From assembly GCA_963624325.1 (NCBI GenBank), contig CAVFPH010000002.1, forward strand, positions 28,401-60,400: 32,000 nt of DNA, read 5' to 3'. Each line of letters opens with the position of its first letter. Positions within the stretch are counted from its first letter, which is position 1. The notes under the pieces were generated by a model, which saw nothing but the letters and a program-made list of their open reading frames with translations, had not been told where the DNA came from and did no database searches. Source of the stretch: a bacterium. GTDB taxonomy: Bacteria; Bacillota; Clostridia; Christensenellales; Aristaeellaceae. Position numbers and translations under genes: made by a program. Positions 7,423 through 15,924 of the stretch are shown piece after piece.

Positions 7423-9429
7423 TTATCGTTTGATTCGTCTTTTCTTGCGGGTGGGCTGCGGCTTATCAACGGGCGCCTGCCCCTTCATTTCAAACAGCTG
7501 ATCGCGCAGCTTTGCCGCTTTTTCAAAATCCAGGCTGTTGGCGGCATCCAGCATCTGATCCTCCAGCTGCTGCATCAGCATTGCCCGCTCCTGATCATCC
7601 ATGGCTTGGCTGCGAGGATCCGCCTCTGCCTTATCCGTAATTTCAAGCAGGGCGCGCACCGCATTTTGCACCGATTGCGGCGTGATGCCATGCTCCTTGT
7701 TGTAGGCTTCCTGAATGGCGCGGCGGCGGTTTGTCTCGTTAATGGCACGTGCCATACTGTCTGTCAGCACATCCGCATACATCAGGACCCTTCCCTGCGC
7801 ATTGCGGGCCGCGCGTCCGATGGTCTGCACCAGGCTGGTTTCGGAGCGCAGGAATCCTTCCTTGTCCGCATCCAGGATAGCCACCAGAGAAACCTCGGGA
7901 ATGTCCAGTCCCTCGCGCAGCAGGTTAATGCCCACCAGCACATCGTATTGTCCAAGCCGCAGATCGCGTATCAGCTGCATGCGCTCCATCGTCTGGATAT
8001 CACTGTGCAGATAACGCACTCGAATGCCGCTGTCATGCAGGTATTCGGTCAGGCTTTCTGCCATCTTTTTGGTCAGCGTTGTTACAAGCACACGTTCTTT
8101 TCGGCTCACCGTTTCATTGATTTCGCCCAGCAGATCATCCACCTGTCCTGTTGCCGGGCGCACAATCACCTTCGGATCCAGCAATCCCGTCGGGCGAATC
8201 AGCTGTTCCACCGTCTGCACGGAATGCTCCGCTTCATACGGGCCGGGCGTTGCGGATACAAACACCGTCTGCCCGATGCGCGCTTCAAACTCATCAAAGC
8301 GCAGCGGCCGGTTATCATAGGCCGACGGCAGGCGAAAGCCGTAATCCACAAGTGCGGTTTTTCGTGCACGATCGCCGGCGTACATGGCCCGAATCTGCGG
8401 AATGGTTTGATGGCTTTCGTCAATAAAAACGATGAAGTCCTTCGGGAAATAGTCCAGCAGGGAAAAGGGCGGATCGCCGGGCATGCGGCCGTCAAAATAG
8501 CGGCTGTAATTTTCAATTCCCGTACAGAAACCGATTTCCCGCAGCATTTCGATATCATAGCGGGTGCGTTGGGCGATGCGCTCGGCCTCCAGCGGTTTTC
8601 CTTCGCTTTCAAAGAAAGCCACCTGCTTTTTCAGATCCTGCTCGATCACCTGAATGTTCTTTTCGCGTTCGGAGGCATTGGTGGCATAAAAGGTTGCCGG
8701 ATAAATCGCAACGTGCTGCAGCGTATGCGCCGCTTTGCCGGTTACAGGTGAAAATTCCGAAATGCGTTCGATTTCGTCACCGAAATATTCCACGCGGATG
8801 GCAAGTTCCTGCATGTTGGCAGGCATGATTTCCACAATGTCGCCGCGCACGCGGAAGGTAGAACGTCCAAACGAAATGTCATTCCGCGAAAATTGAATTT
8901 CCACCAGTCTGCGAAGCAGGTCATCCAAGGGAATCGCCATGCCGGGGCGCAGGGAAATCATCTGGCCGGTATATTCACTGGGGTCACCCATGGAATAAAT
9001 GCAGCTGACGGAAGCTACGATAATCACATCCCGCCGTTCCTGCAGGGCTGCGGTTGCGCTGTGGCGCAGGCGGTCAATTTCGTCGTTGACCGAGGAATCT
9101 TTTTCGATGTAGGTATCGGTAGAGGCAATATAGGCTTCCGGCTGGTAATAATCGTAGTAGGATACAAAATACTCCACCGCGCTGTCCGGGAAAAAAGCTT
9201 TGAATTCGCTGCACAGCTGGGCGGCCAGGGTTTTGTTGTGGGCAATCACCAGCGTCGGACGCTGGACGCGTTCAATCACGGAGGCCATGGTAAATGTTTT
9301 GCCTGATCCCGTAACGCCAAGCAGGGTTTGTGCCTTCAGCCCCTTTTCAAAGCCTTCCGCAAGTGCGGCGATCGCCTGCGGCTGATCTCCCTTTGCCACG
9401 TAGGGCGCCTTCAAGACGAATTTTCCCAT
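7423..9429 (-). CDS. uvrB: excinuclease ABC subunit B
   Basis: This is ORF 7423..9495, trimmed to the ATG at 9429, after [28 protein letters not shown]...[10 protein letters not shown] is classical UvrB, including the C-terminal UVR motif ([11 protein letters not shown]). Confidence 0.95.
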   Translation of the reverse strand: MGKFVLKAPYVAKGDQPQAIAALAEGFEKGLKAQTLLGVTGSGKTFTMASVIERVQRPTLVIAHNKTLAAQLCSEFKAFFPDSAVEYFVSYYDYYQPEAYIASTDTYIEKDSSVNDEIDRLRHSATAALQERRDVIIVASVSCIYSMGDPSEYTGQMISLRPGMAIPLDDLLRRLVEIQFSRNDISFGRSTFRVRGDIVEIMPANMQELAIRVEYFGDEIERISEFSPVTGKAAHTLQHVAIYPATFYATNASEREKNIQVIEQDLKKQVAFFESEGKPLEAERIAQRTRYDIEMLREIGFCTGIENYSRYFDGRMPGDPPFSLLDYFPKDFIVFIDESHQTIPQIRAMYAGDRARKTALVDYGFRLPSAYDNRPLRFDEFEARIGQTVFVSATPGPYEAEHSVQTVEQLIRPTGLLDPKVIVRPATGQVDDLLGEINETVSRKERVLVTTLTKKMAESLTEYLHDSGIRVRYLHSDIQTMERMQLIRDLRLGQYDVLVGINLLREGLDIPEVSLVAILDADKEGFLRSETSLVQTIGRAARNAQGRVLMYADVLTDSMARAINETNRRRAIQEAYNKEHGITPQSVQNAVRALLEITDKAEADPRSQAMDDQERAMLMQQLEDQMLDAANSLDFEKAAKLRDQLFEMKGQAPVDKPQPTRKKRRIKR

Positions 9430-9447
9430 GGTATCCCCTTTCAAATG

Positions 9448-9461
9448 AGAATATTCATTCG
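9448..9461 (-). promoter_or_regulatory. candidate LexA-type operator (degenerate Cheo box) at the uvrB promoter
   Basis: The minus strand reads CGAATGAATATTCT, starting 5 nt downstream of the -10. The Bacillus-type consensus is CGAAC-N4-GTTCG, and here both half-sites carry the symmetric change GAAT..ATTC. Confidence 0.25.
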
Positions 9462-9466
9462 CATTG

Positions 9467-9495
9467 ATTTTAGCATGGTTCTTAGGCTTTGCCAA
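9467..9495 (-). promoter_or_regulatory. candidate sigma-A promoter of uvrB
   Basis: On the minus strand, TTGGCA (9495-9490), a 17-nt spacer, then TAAAAT (9472-9467). Confidence 0.45.
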
Positions 9496-9612
9496 GTCCC
9501 AGTTTACACGTCCAAAAAACGTTTATGTCTCACCTTATAAGTGCAAAACCCGCCGCAGCTTCGGATACCAAAGTTTTCCTTGCCGCAGCGGGTTTTGCAT
9601 CCATGATCCGTT

Positions 9613-11313
9613 TTATTCTTTTTCGCGGTAAGCTTCCGCTTCCGCCAGCATGGTGCGGGCATGCTCCATGCCGCTCCTGCTGTTTTCGCTTACGCCGCTG
9701 AGCATGCGCGCAATTTCCCGCGCACGGGCATCCCCCGTCAGTTCGGTTACGCTTGTACGCGTGCGCCCGTCGGATTCCGCCTTTTGAATCAGATAATGCC
9801 TTGTGGCCATGGCGGCAATCTGCTGCAAATGGGTTACGCAGATCACCTGCCGATAGCGCGCGATATCCCACATTTTCTGTGCCACAACCTGTGCCGTTCT
9901 TCCCGAAATACCGGTGTCGATTTCATCAAACACCATGGACGGCACGGCGGCACGTTCGGCCGAGAGTGCTTTGAGCGCCAGCATGACACGGGACAATTCA
10001 CCGCCGGAGGCAATCTTGGCCAGGGATTTCTTTTCTTCGCCGGCATTGGGTGCAATCAGGAATCGCACGCTGTCTATGCCAAGTGCGCTTCTTGCCTTGG
10101 CATCGGCGGCAACTTCCACATAAAAGCGCGTTCCGCGCATGTTCAAATCGTTTAGCTGCTGCTCCATTCGATGTGCGAAATTTTGCGCAAGCTGCTTTCT
10201 GGATTTCGAAAGTGCAGCTGCCTGCGCATCATAGGCGGCAGCCAATTCAAGGGCATGCCTGCGAAGCCTGTCAAGCTCCGCATCCATGCTTTGATACTTG
10301 GAAAGCTCCTCGCGTATGCGTTCCAGTGCGGACAGCATGTCCGCAACGGTTGCGCCGTAGCGCCGTGACAGCTTTCGGATCAAATCCAGACGTTCTTCCA
10401 CTTGACGTGCCCGTTCGGGATTATCCTCCAGCGCATCCAGCTCCCGGCGGATGGACTGACTAAGGTCTTCGGCATCATAATACAGGGATTGTGCCCGCTG
10501 GGAAAGCTGTTCATATTCTTTTCCATATCGCGCGGCCGGAGCAAGCGCGTGCATGGCCGTCCTGGCCTGCTCTGTTGCAGATCCCCCGGCGCCGGCCTCA
10601 TAGAGTGCCGCGTAGGCCTCACGCAATCCCTGCGTAATTTTTTCGGTTGCGCGGAAGCGATCCCGCTCCTGCACAAGCTGCTCTTCTTCGCCGTCTGTCA
10701 ATTCGGCATCGGACAGTTCCTGCTCCTGCGACTGCAGTTCCCGCATCCGCTCCTCGCGGTGCGTGCTTTCCTGTTTAAGCCGCTTATAGGCAAGCGCGGC
10801 ATCGTGATATTCCCGATAAGCGCATGCCACGGCGTGAATCAGATCGGCATGCGTCCCATCCCCCATGGCATCCAGACAGGAAAGATGATTTTTTTCATCC
10901 AGCAGGGATTGATGCTCGTGCTGCCCGTGCAGATCCATCAAAAGCGCGGAAAGCTCCCGCAATGCAGCCAAGGGCATGCTGACTCCCTGAATGCGGCACA
11001 GGCTGCGTCCATTTTGGTTTACCTCGCGTGACAGGGTAACGGCGCCCTCCTGCACATCAATCTCATGCTCACCCAGCCACTGCGCTGCCGCAGGGCAATC
11101 GGACAGGTCAAAAAGACCCTCGGCATAGGCTTTGTCACAGCCGGTGCGAATCAGATCCCGGTCGGCACGGCCGCCGAGGATCAGGCTCATGGCGTCCACC
11201 ACAATGGACTTGCCCGCGCCCGTTTCGCCCGTCATCACATGAAGCCCGTTGCCAAAAGGGATTTCAATTTGATCAATCAACGCGATATTTTTTATGAACA
11301 GCTGCAGCAGCAT
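9613..11313 (-). CDS. recN: DNA repair protein RecN
   Basis: A 566-aa ORF. It has an N-terminal Walker A (MTGETGAGKSI), a long coiled-coil middle region, and a C-terminal SMC-type signature (ASGGELSRVMLAL...VFDEIDTGISG). Confidence 0.9.
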   Translation of the reverse strand: MLLQLFIKNIALIDQIEIPFGNGLHVMTGETGAGKSIVVDAMSLILGGRADRDLIRTGCDKAYAEGLFDLSDCPAAAQWLGEHEIDVQEGAVTLSREVNQNGRSLCRIQGVSMPLAALRELSALLMDLHGQHEHQSLLDEKNHLSCLDAMGDGTHADLIHAVACAYREYHDAALAYKRLKQESTHREERMRELQSQEQELSDAELTDGEEEQLVQERDRFRATEKITQGLREAYAALYEAGAGGSATEQARTAMHALAPAARYGKEYEQLSQRAQSLYYDAEDLSQSIRRELDALEDNPERARQVEERLDLIRKLSRRYGATVADMLSALERIREELSKYQSMDAELDRLRRHALELAAAYDAQAAALSKSRKQLAQNFAHRMEQQLNDLNMRGTRFYVEVAADAKARSALGIDSVRFLIAPNAGEEKKSLAKIASGGELSRVMLALKALSAERAAVPSMVFDEIDTGISGRTAQVVAQKMWDIARYRQVICVTHLQQIAAMATRHYLIQKAESDGRTRTSVTELTGDARAREIARMLSGVSENSRSGMEHARTMLAEAEAYREKE

Positions 11314-11352
11314 AGCGTCCCTTTCTTGGTGCGTCAGCGCCCTGCCTGTATA

Positions 11353-11802
11353 TTATTTGAGAATCTCGTGGAATTTATCCACCACCGTCGGTGCTTCGGA
11401 CGCGCTGCGGACAGCAACAAAAATGGTGTTGTCCCCCGCCATTGTGCCCAGAATTTCCGGCCAGTGCATGCTGTCAATCGCCTCCGCCGCCGCATTGGCA
11501 CTGCCGGACAGCGTGTGGATGACAATCAGGTTTTCCGCATAGCTGATGGACAAGACGGAATCGATGAACATGCGGACAAGGCGCTCGGACACACCGTGTT
11601 CCGCCTTTGCCGCAGTGGCATATTTATAGGCACCGCTCGGCGTAAGCACCTTGAGCAAGCGCAGTTCCTTGATATCGCGGCTCACGGTAGCCTGGGTAAC
11701 ATCAATCCCCATATCCCGAAGCCGCGAAGCCAAATCCTCCTGCGTTTCGATGTCATTGTGCTCAATCAGGCTCAGGATAGCGGTCTGTCTTGCATTTTTC
11801 AT
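11353..11802 (-). CDS. argR: arginine repressor ArgR/AhrC
   Basis: This is ORF 11353..11871, trimmed to the ATG at 11802, after AAGGAGA. It contains MKNARQTAILSLIEHNDIETQEDLASRLRDMGIDVTQATVSRDIKEL (winged helix) and a C-terminal GTMAGDNTIFV oligomerisation/arginine-binding motif. The argR-recN order matches Bacillus. Confidence 0.9.
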   Translation of the reverse strand: MKNARQTAILSLIEHNDIETQEDLASRLRDMGIDVTQATVSRDIKELRLLKVLTPSGAYKYATAAKAEHGVSERLVRMFIDSVLSISYAENLIVIHTLSGSANAAAEAIDSMHWPEILGTMAGDNTIFVAVRSASEAPTVVDKFHEILK

Positions 11803-11842
11803 GGTATTCTCCTTCACACATGCACTTAGTGAAACACGGCAT

Positions 11843-11871
11843 ATTATACCATACCGAAAACGGCATTGCAA
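11843..11871 (-). promoter_or_regulatory. candidate sigma-A promoter of argR-recN
   Basis: On the minus strand, TTGCAA (11871-11866), a 17-nt spacer, then TGgTATAAT (-10 at 11848-11843). Confidence 0.5.
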
Positions 11872-11961
11872 TCATCATCATGCATATTTTATCGTATAAT
11901 GCGGCATTTATGCAATATGAGAATATCAGCCCGGGAAAACCGAAATTCCGTTAAAAATCGG

Positions 11962-11990
11962 TTGACAAAATCAGCAAATTGGGGTATCAT
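11962..11990 (+). promoter_or_regulatory. sigma-A promoter of rplM-rpsI
   Basis: TTGACA (11962-11967), a 17-nt spacer, then TATCAT (11985-11990). It is followed by a structured 5' leader of about 110 nt. Confidence 0.6.
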
Positions 11991-12106
11991 ATCCGATGCA
12001 TCAATAGACTCCGCTAGCCCCGGGAACTATTGAACAAGGTTCTGCATGCTGACCATCATGCCAGACCATCCTAAATTGCTTTGACCTTGTCAAGGAGGAA
12101 ATGTAC

Positions 12107-12541
12107 TTGAAAACCTTTATGGCAAATGCGCAGAATGTAGAGCGCAAGTGGTATGTCGTTGATGCTGACGGCATGGTGCTTGGCCGTCTGGCGACCCAGG
12201 TTGCCAATATCCTTCGCGGAAAGACCAAGCCCATCTATACTCCCCATGTGGATACCGGCGATTTCGTAATCATCATTAACGCCGACAAGGCGATCCTGAC
12301 CGGCCGCAAGCTTGATCAGAAGATTTACTACCATCACAGCGGTTACACCGGCGGTTTGAGCGAAACCAAGTACCGTGACCTGATGAACGACAAGCCCGAG
12401 TTTGCCGTTCGCCATGCCATCACCGGCATGCTGCCCAAGGGTCCTCTGGGCCGTCAGATGGCGAAGAAGCTGTTCGTCTATGCGGGAAGCGATCATCCGC
12501 ATGCCGCGCAGAAGCCCGAAACGCTCGAACTGAGCAAGTAA
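12107..12541 (+). CDS. rplM: 50S ribosomal protein L13
   Basis: This is ORF 12101..12541. The ATG at 12101 is only 2 nt from GGAGG, whereas the TTG at 12107 has 8-nt spacing and gives [20 protein letters not shown]. That matches the MKTF... N-terminus of known L13 proteins. Confidence 0.92.
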   Translation: MKTFMANAQNVERKWYVVDADGMVLGRLATQVANILRGKTKPIYTPHVDTGDFVIIINADKAILTGRKLDQKIYYHHSGYTGGLSETKYRDLMNDKPEFAVRHAITGMLPKGPLGRQMAKKLFVYAGSDHPHAAQKPETLELSK

Positions 12542-12562
12542 TGCGGAAGGAGTAATACATTC

Positions 12563-12949
12563 ATGGCTAATGATTTCAATGCTGTCGGCCGCCGCAAGTC
12601 TGCTGTGGCTCGCGTTCGTCTGGTAGCCGGTGATGGCAAGATTGTCATCAACGGTCGCGATATCGACAACTATTTCGGTTATGAAACTCTCAAAATGACC
12701 GTCCGTCAGCCCCTGGTTCTCACCAAGGTTTCCGGTTTCGACGTGATGGTAAATGTTAACGGCGGCGGCTTCACCGGTCAGGCCGGTGCAATCCGTCACG
12801 GCATCAGCCGTGCCCTCTGCAAGGCTAACCCCGAACTGCGCGGTGACCTGAAGAAGGCCGGTTTCCTCACCCGCGATCCTCGTATGAAGGAGCGCAAGAA
12901 GTACGGCCTGAAGGCTGCACGTCGTGCTCCTCAGTTCAGCAAGCGCTGA
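12563..12949 (+). CDS. rpsI: 30S ribosomal protein S9
   Basis: A 128-aa ORF ending in the canonical ...[16 protein letters not shown], with the [19 protein letters not shown] motif. Confidence 0.95.
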   Translation: MANDFNAVGRRKSAVARVRLVAGDGKIVINGRDIDNYFGYETLKMTVRQPLVLTKVSGFDVMVNVNGGGFTGQAGAIRHGISRALCKANPELRGDLKKAGFLTRDPRMKERKKYGLKAARRAPQFSKR

Positions 12950-12972
12950 TTTCCCCTGCAATGTACTTACCG

Positions 12973-13008
12973 GCCCCGAGATCTTACGGATTTCGGGGCT
13001 GTTTTTTT
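12973..13008 (+). terminator. intrinsic terminator of rplM-rpsI
   Basis: GCCCCGAGATC-TTAC-GGATTTCGGGGC followed by TGTTTTTTT. Confidence 0.8.
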
Positions 13009-13103
13009 AGGCAAATTTCTACGGCAGGTACGCATTGCAGGGCACAGCGTATTTTGATTTTGGTGGTTTTCCAAAGAAAGTTTAAAAAAAGCAAAATTTC
13101 CTA

Positions 13104-13132
13104 TTGCAATTTGCGCGCAGCTATAGTATAAT
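13104..13132 (+). promoter_or_regulatory. sigma-A promoter of the stand-alone tRNA-Thr gene
   Basis: TTGCAA (13104-13109), a 17-nt spacer, then TATAAT (13127-13132). It ends 14 nt before the tRNA 5' end. Confidence 0.55.
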
Positions 13133-13146
13133 AATCATGTTGTCGC

Positions 13147-13222
<76 letters not shown>

Positions 13223-13225
13223 GAG

Positions 13226-13250
13226 AACCTGCAGAAATGCAGGTTTTTTG
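13226..13250 (+). terminator. intrinsic terminator after tRNA-Thr
   Basis: ACCTGCA-GAAA-TGCAGGT followed by TTTTTG. A second, weaker hairpin lies at 13301-13324 (CCTCTGCAAA-AGAA-TTTGCAGAGG followed by CTTTTC). Confidence 0.75.
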
Positions 13251-13360
13251 TTTTCCAAAGGAAGCAGCAGGTATCCGTGCCATCAGGCACTGCATGCCGG
13301 CCTCTGCAAAAGAATTTGCAGAGGCTTTTCATATTTGATACTTTCGCAATCTTTTTGTGC

Positions 13361-13389
13361 TTTACATTATGCCGTGTTCGCGGTATAAT
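13361..13389 (+). promoter_or_regulatory. candidate sigma-A promoter of the sugar ABC operon
   Basis: TTTACA (13361-13366), a 17-nt spacer, then TATAAT (13384-13389). Confidence 0.5.
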
Positions 13390-13400
13390 AATGTATGTAG

Positions 13401-13419
13401 TGTGAACGTTATGTTCACA
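13401..13419. promoter_or_regulatory. perfect 7-5-7 inverted repeat, candidate repressor operator
   Basis: TGTGAAC-gttat-GTTCACA begins 12 nt downstream of the -10 hexamer, between the promoter and the SD of the binding-protein gene. Confidence 0.4.
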
Positions 13420-13454
13420 TAGGCAAAAAAAGTTCGGATATGGAGGACATGAGT

Positions 13455-14717
13455 ATGAAAATGCGTTCTGTTCTCGCCGCCCTGCTGGCTGTTGTGATGC
13501 TGCTTGGCATCACCGGCGTTGCCGCCGCGGATGAGAAGGTCACTGTGAGCTTCTGGGTCACCTTCACCGATGCTCAGCTTGAGTATCTGCAGAAGACTGC
13601 CGAAAGCTTCAATGCGTCCCAGGATAAGTACACTGTCGAAATCCAGCAGCAGCCCAACTCCGGTTTCACCAGCAATGTTTACACTGCTGTTGTGAACGGC
13701 GTAGGCCCCGACATCATCTTCAATTACGCTTCCGAAGCTTCCAAGTATGTCTCCGCCGGTCTGGTTGCTGACCTGGACGAGTACATCTACGACGAAGAAA
13801 TCGGTATTGAAAACTTTGACGAGCAGCTGCCCGAGTATCTCTTCGCCGAGATCAACGGCTTTGAGGATGGCCACATCCACTATCTGCCCGGCGCCACCAC
13901 CGGCCCCATCCTGTACTACAACAAGACCATGTTCGAAGAACTGAATCTGACCGTTCCCTCCACCTGGGAAGAGCTGGTTGAGGTTTGCAAGGCCATCAAG
14001 GCCGCCAAGGGCGACGATGTGCTGCCCTTCGGTATTGACTCTCCCGTGGACCTGGTTCAGACCCTGTTCATGGAAGCCGGCTACACCTACATCGACACCG
14101 AGAACAAGTGCGTTGGCTTCGCCGAGGGTGAAGCGGTTGCAACCTGGCTGGGTGAGCAGCTGACCTCCGGCCTGTTCTCCAAGGATGCTCCTTCCGGCGG
14201 TTACTTCTCCGCTGACTTCAACACCGGCAAGGTTGCCATGTACTACGGCTCCTGCGCGGGCGTTCCCTACATCCAGCCCGATGGATTCGAGTATGACGTT
14301 GCCCCCGCTCCTTCCTCTACCAGCGAGTACAATTCCTACACCATCTGGAACCGCGGCCCCATCGTCTTCAAGTATGAAGGCCAGGAAGCCCGCGCCGAAG
14401 GTGCTTATGAATTCGTGAAGTACATGCTGGCTACCCCCGAAATCAGCGAAGGCTGGGCCGAGGCCATGATCGCCATGACCCCCTGGGTATCCGCGCAGCA
14501 GGTGGAAGGCTATGACGCTTTCATCGCTTCTCAGCCCGCTCTGGCCGCTGTTCAGGCCCGCGCCGACATCGCCGTATCCCTGCCCTCCGTCACCGGCTCT
14601 TCCGAGTGCCGCGATGCGATGAAAAACCTGGTTATCGCGCTGCAGGGCGGCACCGAGCCCGCCGCCGCGCTGGCTGACTGCGTAGCCGTTTGCAACGCTG
14701 CGCTGCAGGGCAACTGA
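13455..14717 (+). CDS. ABC transporter extracellular solute-binding protein (family 1, carbohydrate type)
   Basis: This is ORF 13440..14717. The ATG at 13455 has GGAGG plus 8 nt. The product has a signal peptide MKMRSVLAALLAVVMLLGITGVAAADEK with no lipobox Cys. The rest resembles CUT1-type sugar binding proteins, and the gene is followed by matching ABC components. Confidence 0.8.
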   Translation: MKMRSVLAALLAVVMLLGITGVAAADEKVTVSFWVTFTDAQLEYLQKTAESFNASQDKYTVEIQQQPNSGFTSNVYTAVVNGVGPDIIFNYASEASKYVSAGLVADLDEYIYDEEIGIENFDEQLPEYLFAEINGFEDGHIHYLPGATTGPILYYNKTMFEELNLTVPSTWEELVEVCKAIKAAKGDDVLPFGIDSPVDLVQTLFMEAGYTYIDTENKCVGFAEGEAVATWLGEQLTSGLFSKDAPSGGYFSADFNTGKVAMYYGSCAGVPYIQPDGFEYDVAPAPSSTSEYNSYTIWNRGPIVFKYEGQEARAEGAYEFVKYMLATPEISEGWAEAMIAMTPWVSAQQVEGYDAFIASQPALAAVQARADIAVSLPSVTGSSECRDAMKNLVIALQGGTEPAAALADCVAVCNAALQGN

Positions 14718-14730
14718 TAAAGTACACTTC

Positions 14731-14766
14731 GGAGAACCGGAATTGCTCCGGTTCTCCCTTTTTTCT
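14731..14766 (+). terminator. intra-operon intrinsic terminator/attenuating hairpin after the binding-protein gene
   Basis: GGAGAACCGG-AATTGCT-CCGGTTCTCC followed by CTTTTTTTC. Confidence 0.7.
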
Positions 14767-14856
14767 GTATTGCGGATGGACAGGGCACAGTGCCTAAGGA
14801 CTTTGTACCGTATCCATACGCAATATCACTATTTACGGAAGGCGAGGTTCGCACCC

Positions 14857-15924
14857 ATGCAAGTAAGACTTGAGGACGTCACCAAAAAATTTCCCGGCGT
14901 AACGGCGGTTGATACCTTTTCCGTTACCCTGCCGGATGGCGAGCTGATTTGCCTGCTTGGCCCATCCGGGTGCGGCAAATCCACCATTTTGAATATGCTC
15001 TCCGGCATTCTGCCGGTGTCCGGCGGCAATATTTACTTTGATGATGACAATGTAACCAAACTGCCGCCCGAAGAGCGCGGCATCGGGCTGGTATTTCAGA
15101 ATTATGCCCTCTACCCGCACATGACCGTGCTGGAAAACATCTGTTTCCCGCTGGAAATCAAGCGTGTGCCCAAGGATGAGCGCGTTGCCCGCGCCACCGA
15201 GATGGCCAAGCTTGTACATGTGGATATGCTGCTTAACCGCAAGCCCAAGGAGCTTTCGGGCGGCCAGCAGCAGCGTGTAGCCATTGCCCGCGCGCTGGTC
15301 AAAGAGCCGCGTCTGCTGCTGCTGGACGAGCCGCTTTCCAACCTGGATGCGCGTCTGCGCCTTGAAATGCGCGAGGAAATCCGCCGCATTCAGCTGCAGA
15401 CGCAGGTTACCACCATTTTCGTCACCCACGATCAGGAAGAGGCCATGTCCATTTCCGACCATATCGTGCTGATGAAGAAGGGCGTCATGCAGCAGTTTGA
15501 CAAGCCGCAAACCCTCTATGATGAGCCTGCCAACCAGTTTGTAGCCGATTTTCTGGGCAACCCGCCCATCAACAACCTGCCCGGCATCGTGAACGACGGC
15601 GTCTTTACAACCGATGACGGCAAGGCAAGTGTCGCGCTGGCCATGCTCAAAAATGTACCCGACGGTGCAAAAGTAAACCTGTCCGTGCGCAGTGAGAGCT
15701 TTGTTGTTCAGCCCGGCGGCACCCCGGAAACCCTCAGCTGCCAGGTAACGGGTGTGTTCAAGACCGGCAAGGAGGAAATGGCTTCCTTCCTGTTCGGCGA
15801 TGTCCCCTTCCGTGCCTACATCGACCTGGAAGAAGGGCTGCGAAAGGGGCAGACCGTATCGCTGGGGCTGAAAAAGCGCGGCGTGTTCGTGTTTGACCGT
15901 GAAACGGGGAGGCGCCTTGTATGA
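14857..15924 (+). CDS. ABC transporter ATP-binding protein, MalK/MsmX/UgpC type
   Basis: This is ORF 14743..15924, trimmed to the ATG at 14857, after GGAAGGCGAGG. It has Walker A GPSGCGKST, the signature LSGGQQQRVAIARAL, Walker B LLLLDEPLS, and a C-terminal MalK-like regulatory domain. Confidence 0.9.
   Translation: MQVRLEDVTKKFPGVTAVDTFSVTLPDGELICLLGPSGCGKSTILNMLSGILPVSGGNIYFDDDNVTKLPPEERGIGLVFQNYALYPHMTVLENICFPLEIKRVPKDERVARATEMAKLVHVDMLLNRKPKELSGGQQQRVAIARALVKEPRLLLLDEPLSNLDARLRLEMREEIRRIQLQTQVTTIFVTHDQEEAMSISDHIVLMKKGVMQQFDKPQTLYDEPANQFVADFLGNPPINNLPGIVNDGVFTTDDGKASVALAMLKNVPDGAKVNLSVRSESFVVQPGGTPETLSCQVTGVFKTGKEEMASFLFGDVPFRAYIDLEEGLRKGQTVSLGLKKRGVFVFDRETGRRLV

Noticed and set aside
7606-8751. 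A 381-aa plus-strand ORF inside uvrB.
   Set aside because: It is antisense to a textbook UvrB sequence, with Arg/His/Gln-rich composition and no motifs.
12071-12961. A 296-aa minus-strand ORF spanning rplM and rpsI.
   Set aside because: It is antisense to two highly conserved ribosomal protein genes, so it is a shadow ORF.
13403-13417. GAAC-gttat-GTTC read as a LexA/Cheo box.
   Set aside because: The spacing is N5 rather than N4. The palindrome extends to TGTGAAC/GTTCACA, and it sits in front of a sugar transporter, so it is more likely the operator of a dedicated repressor.
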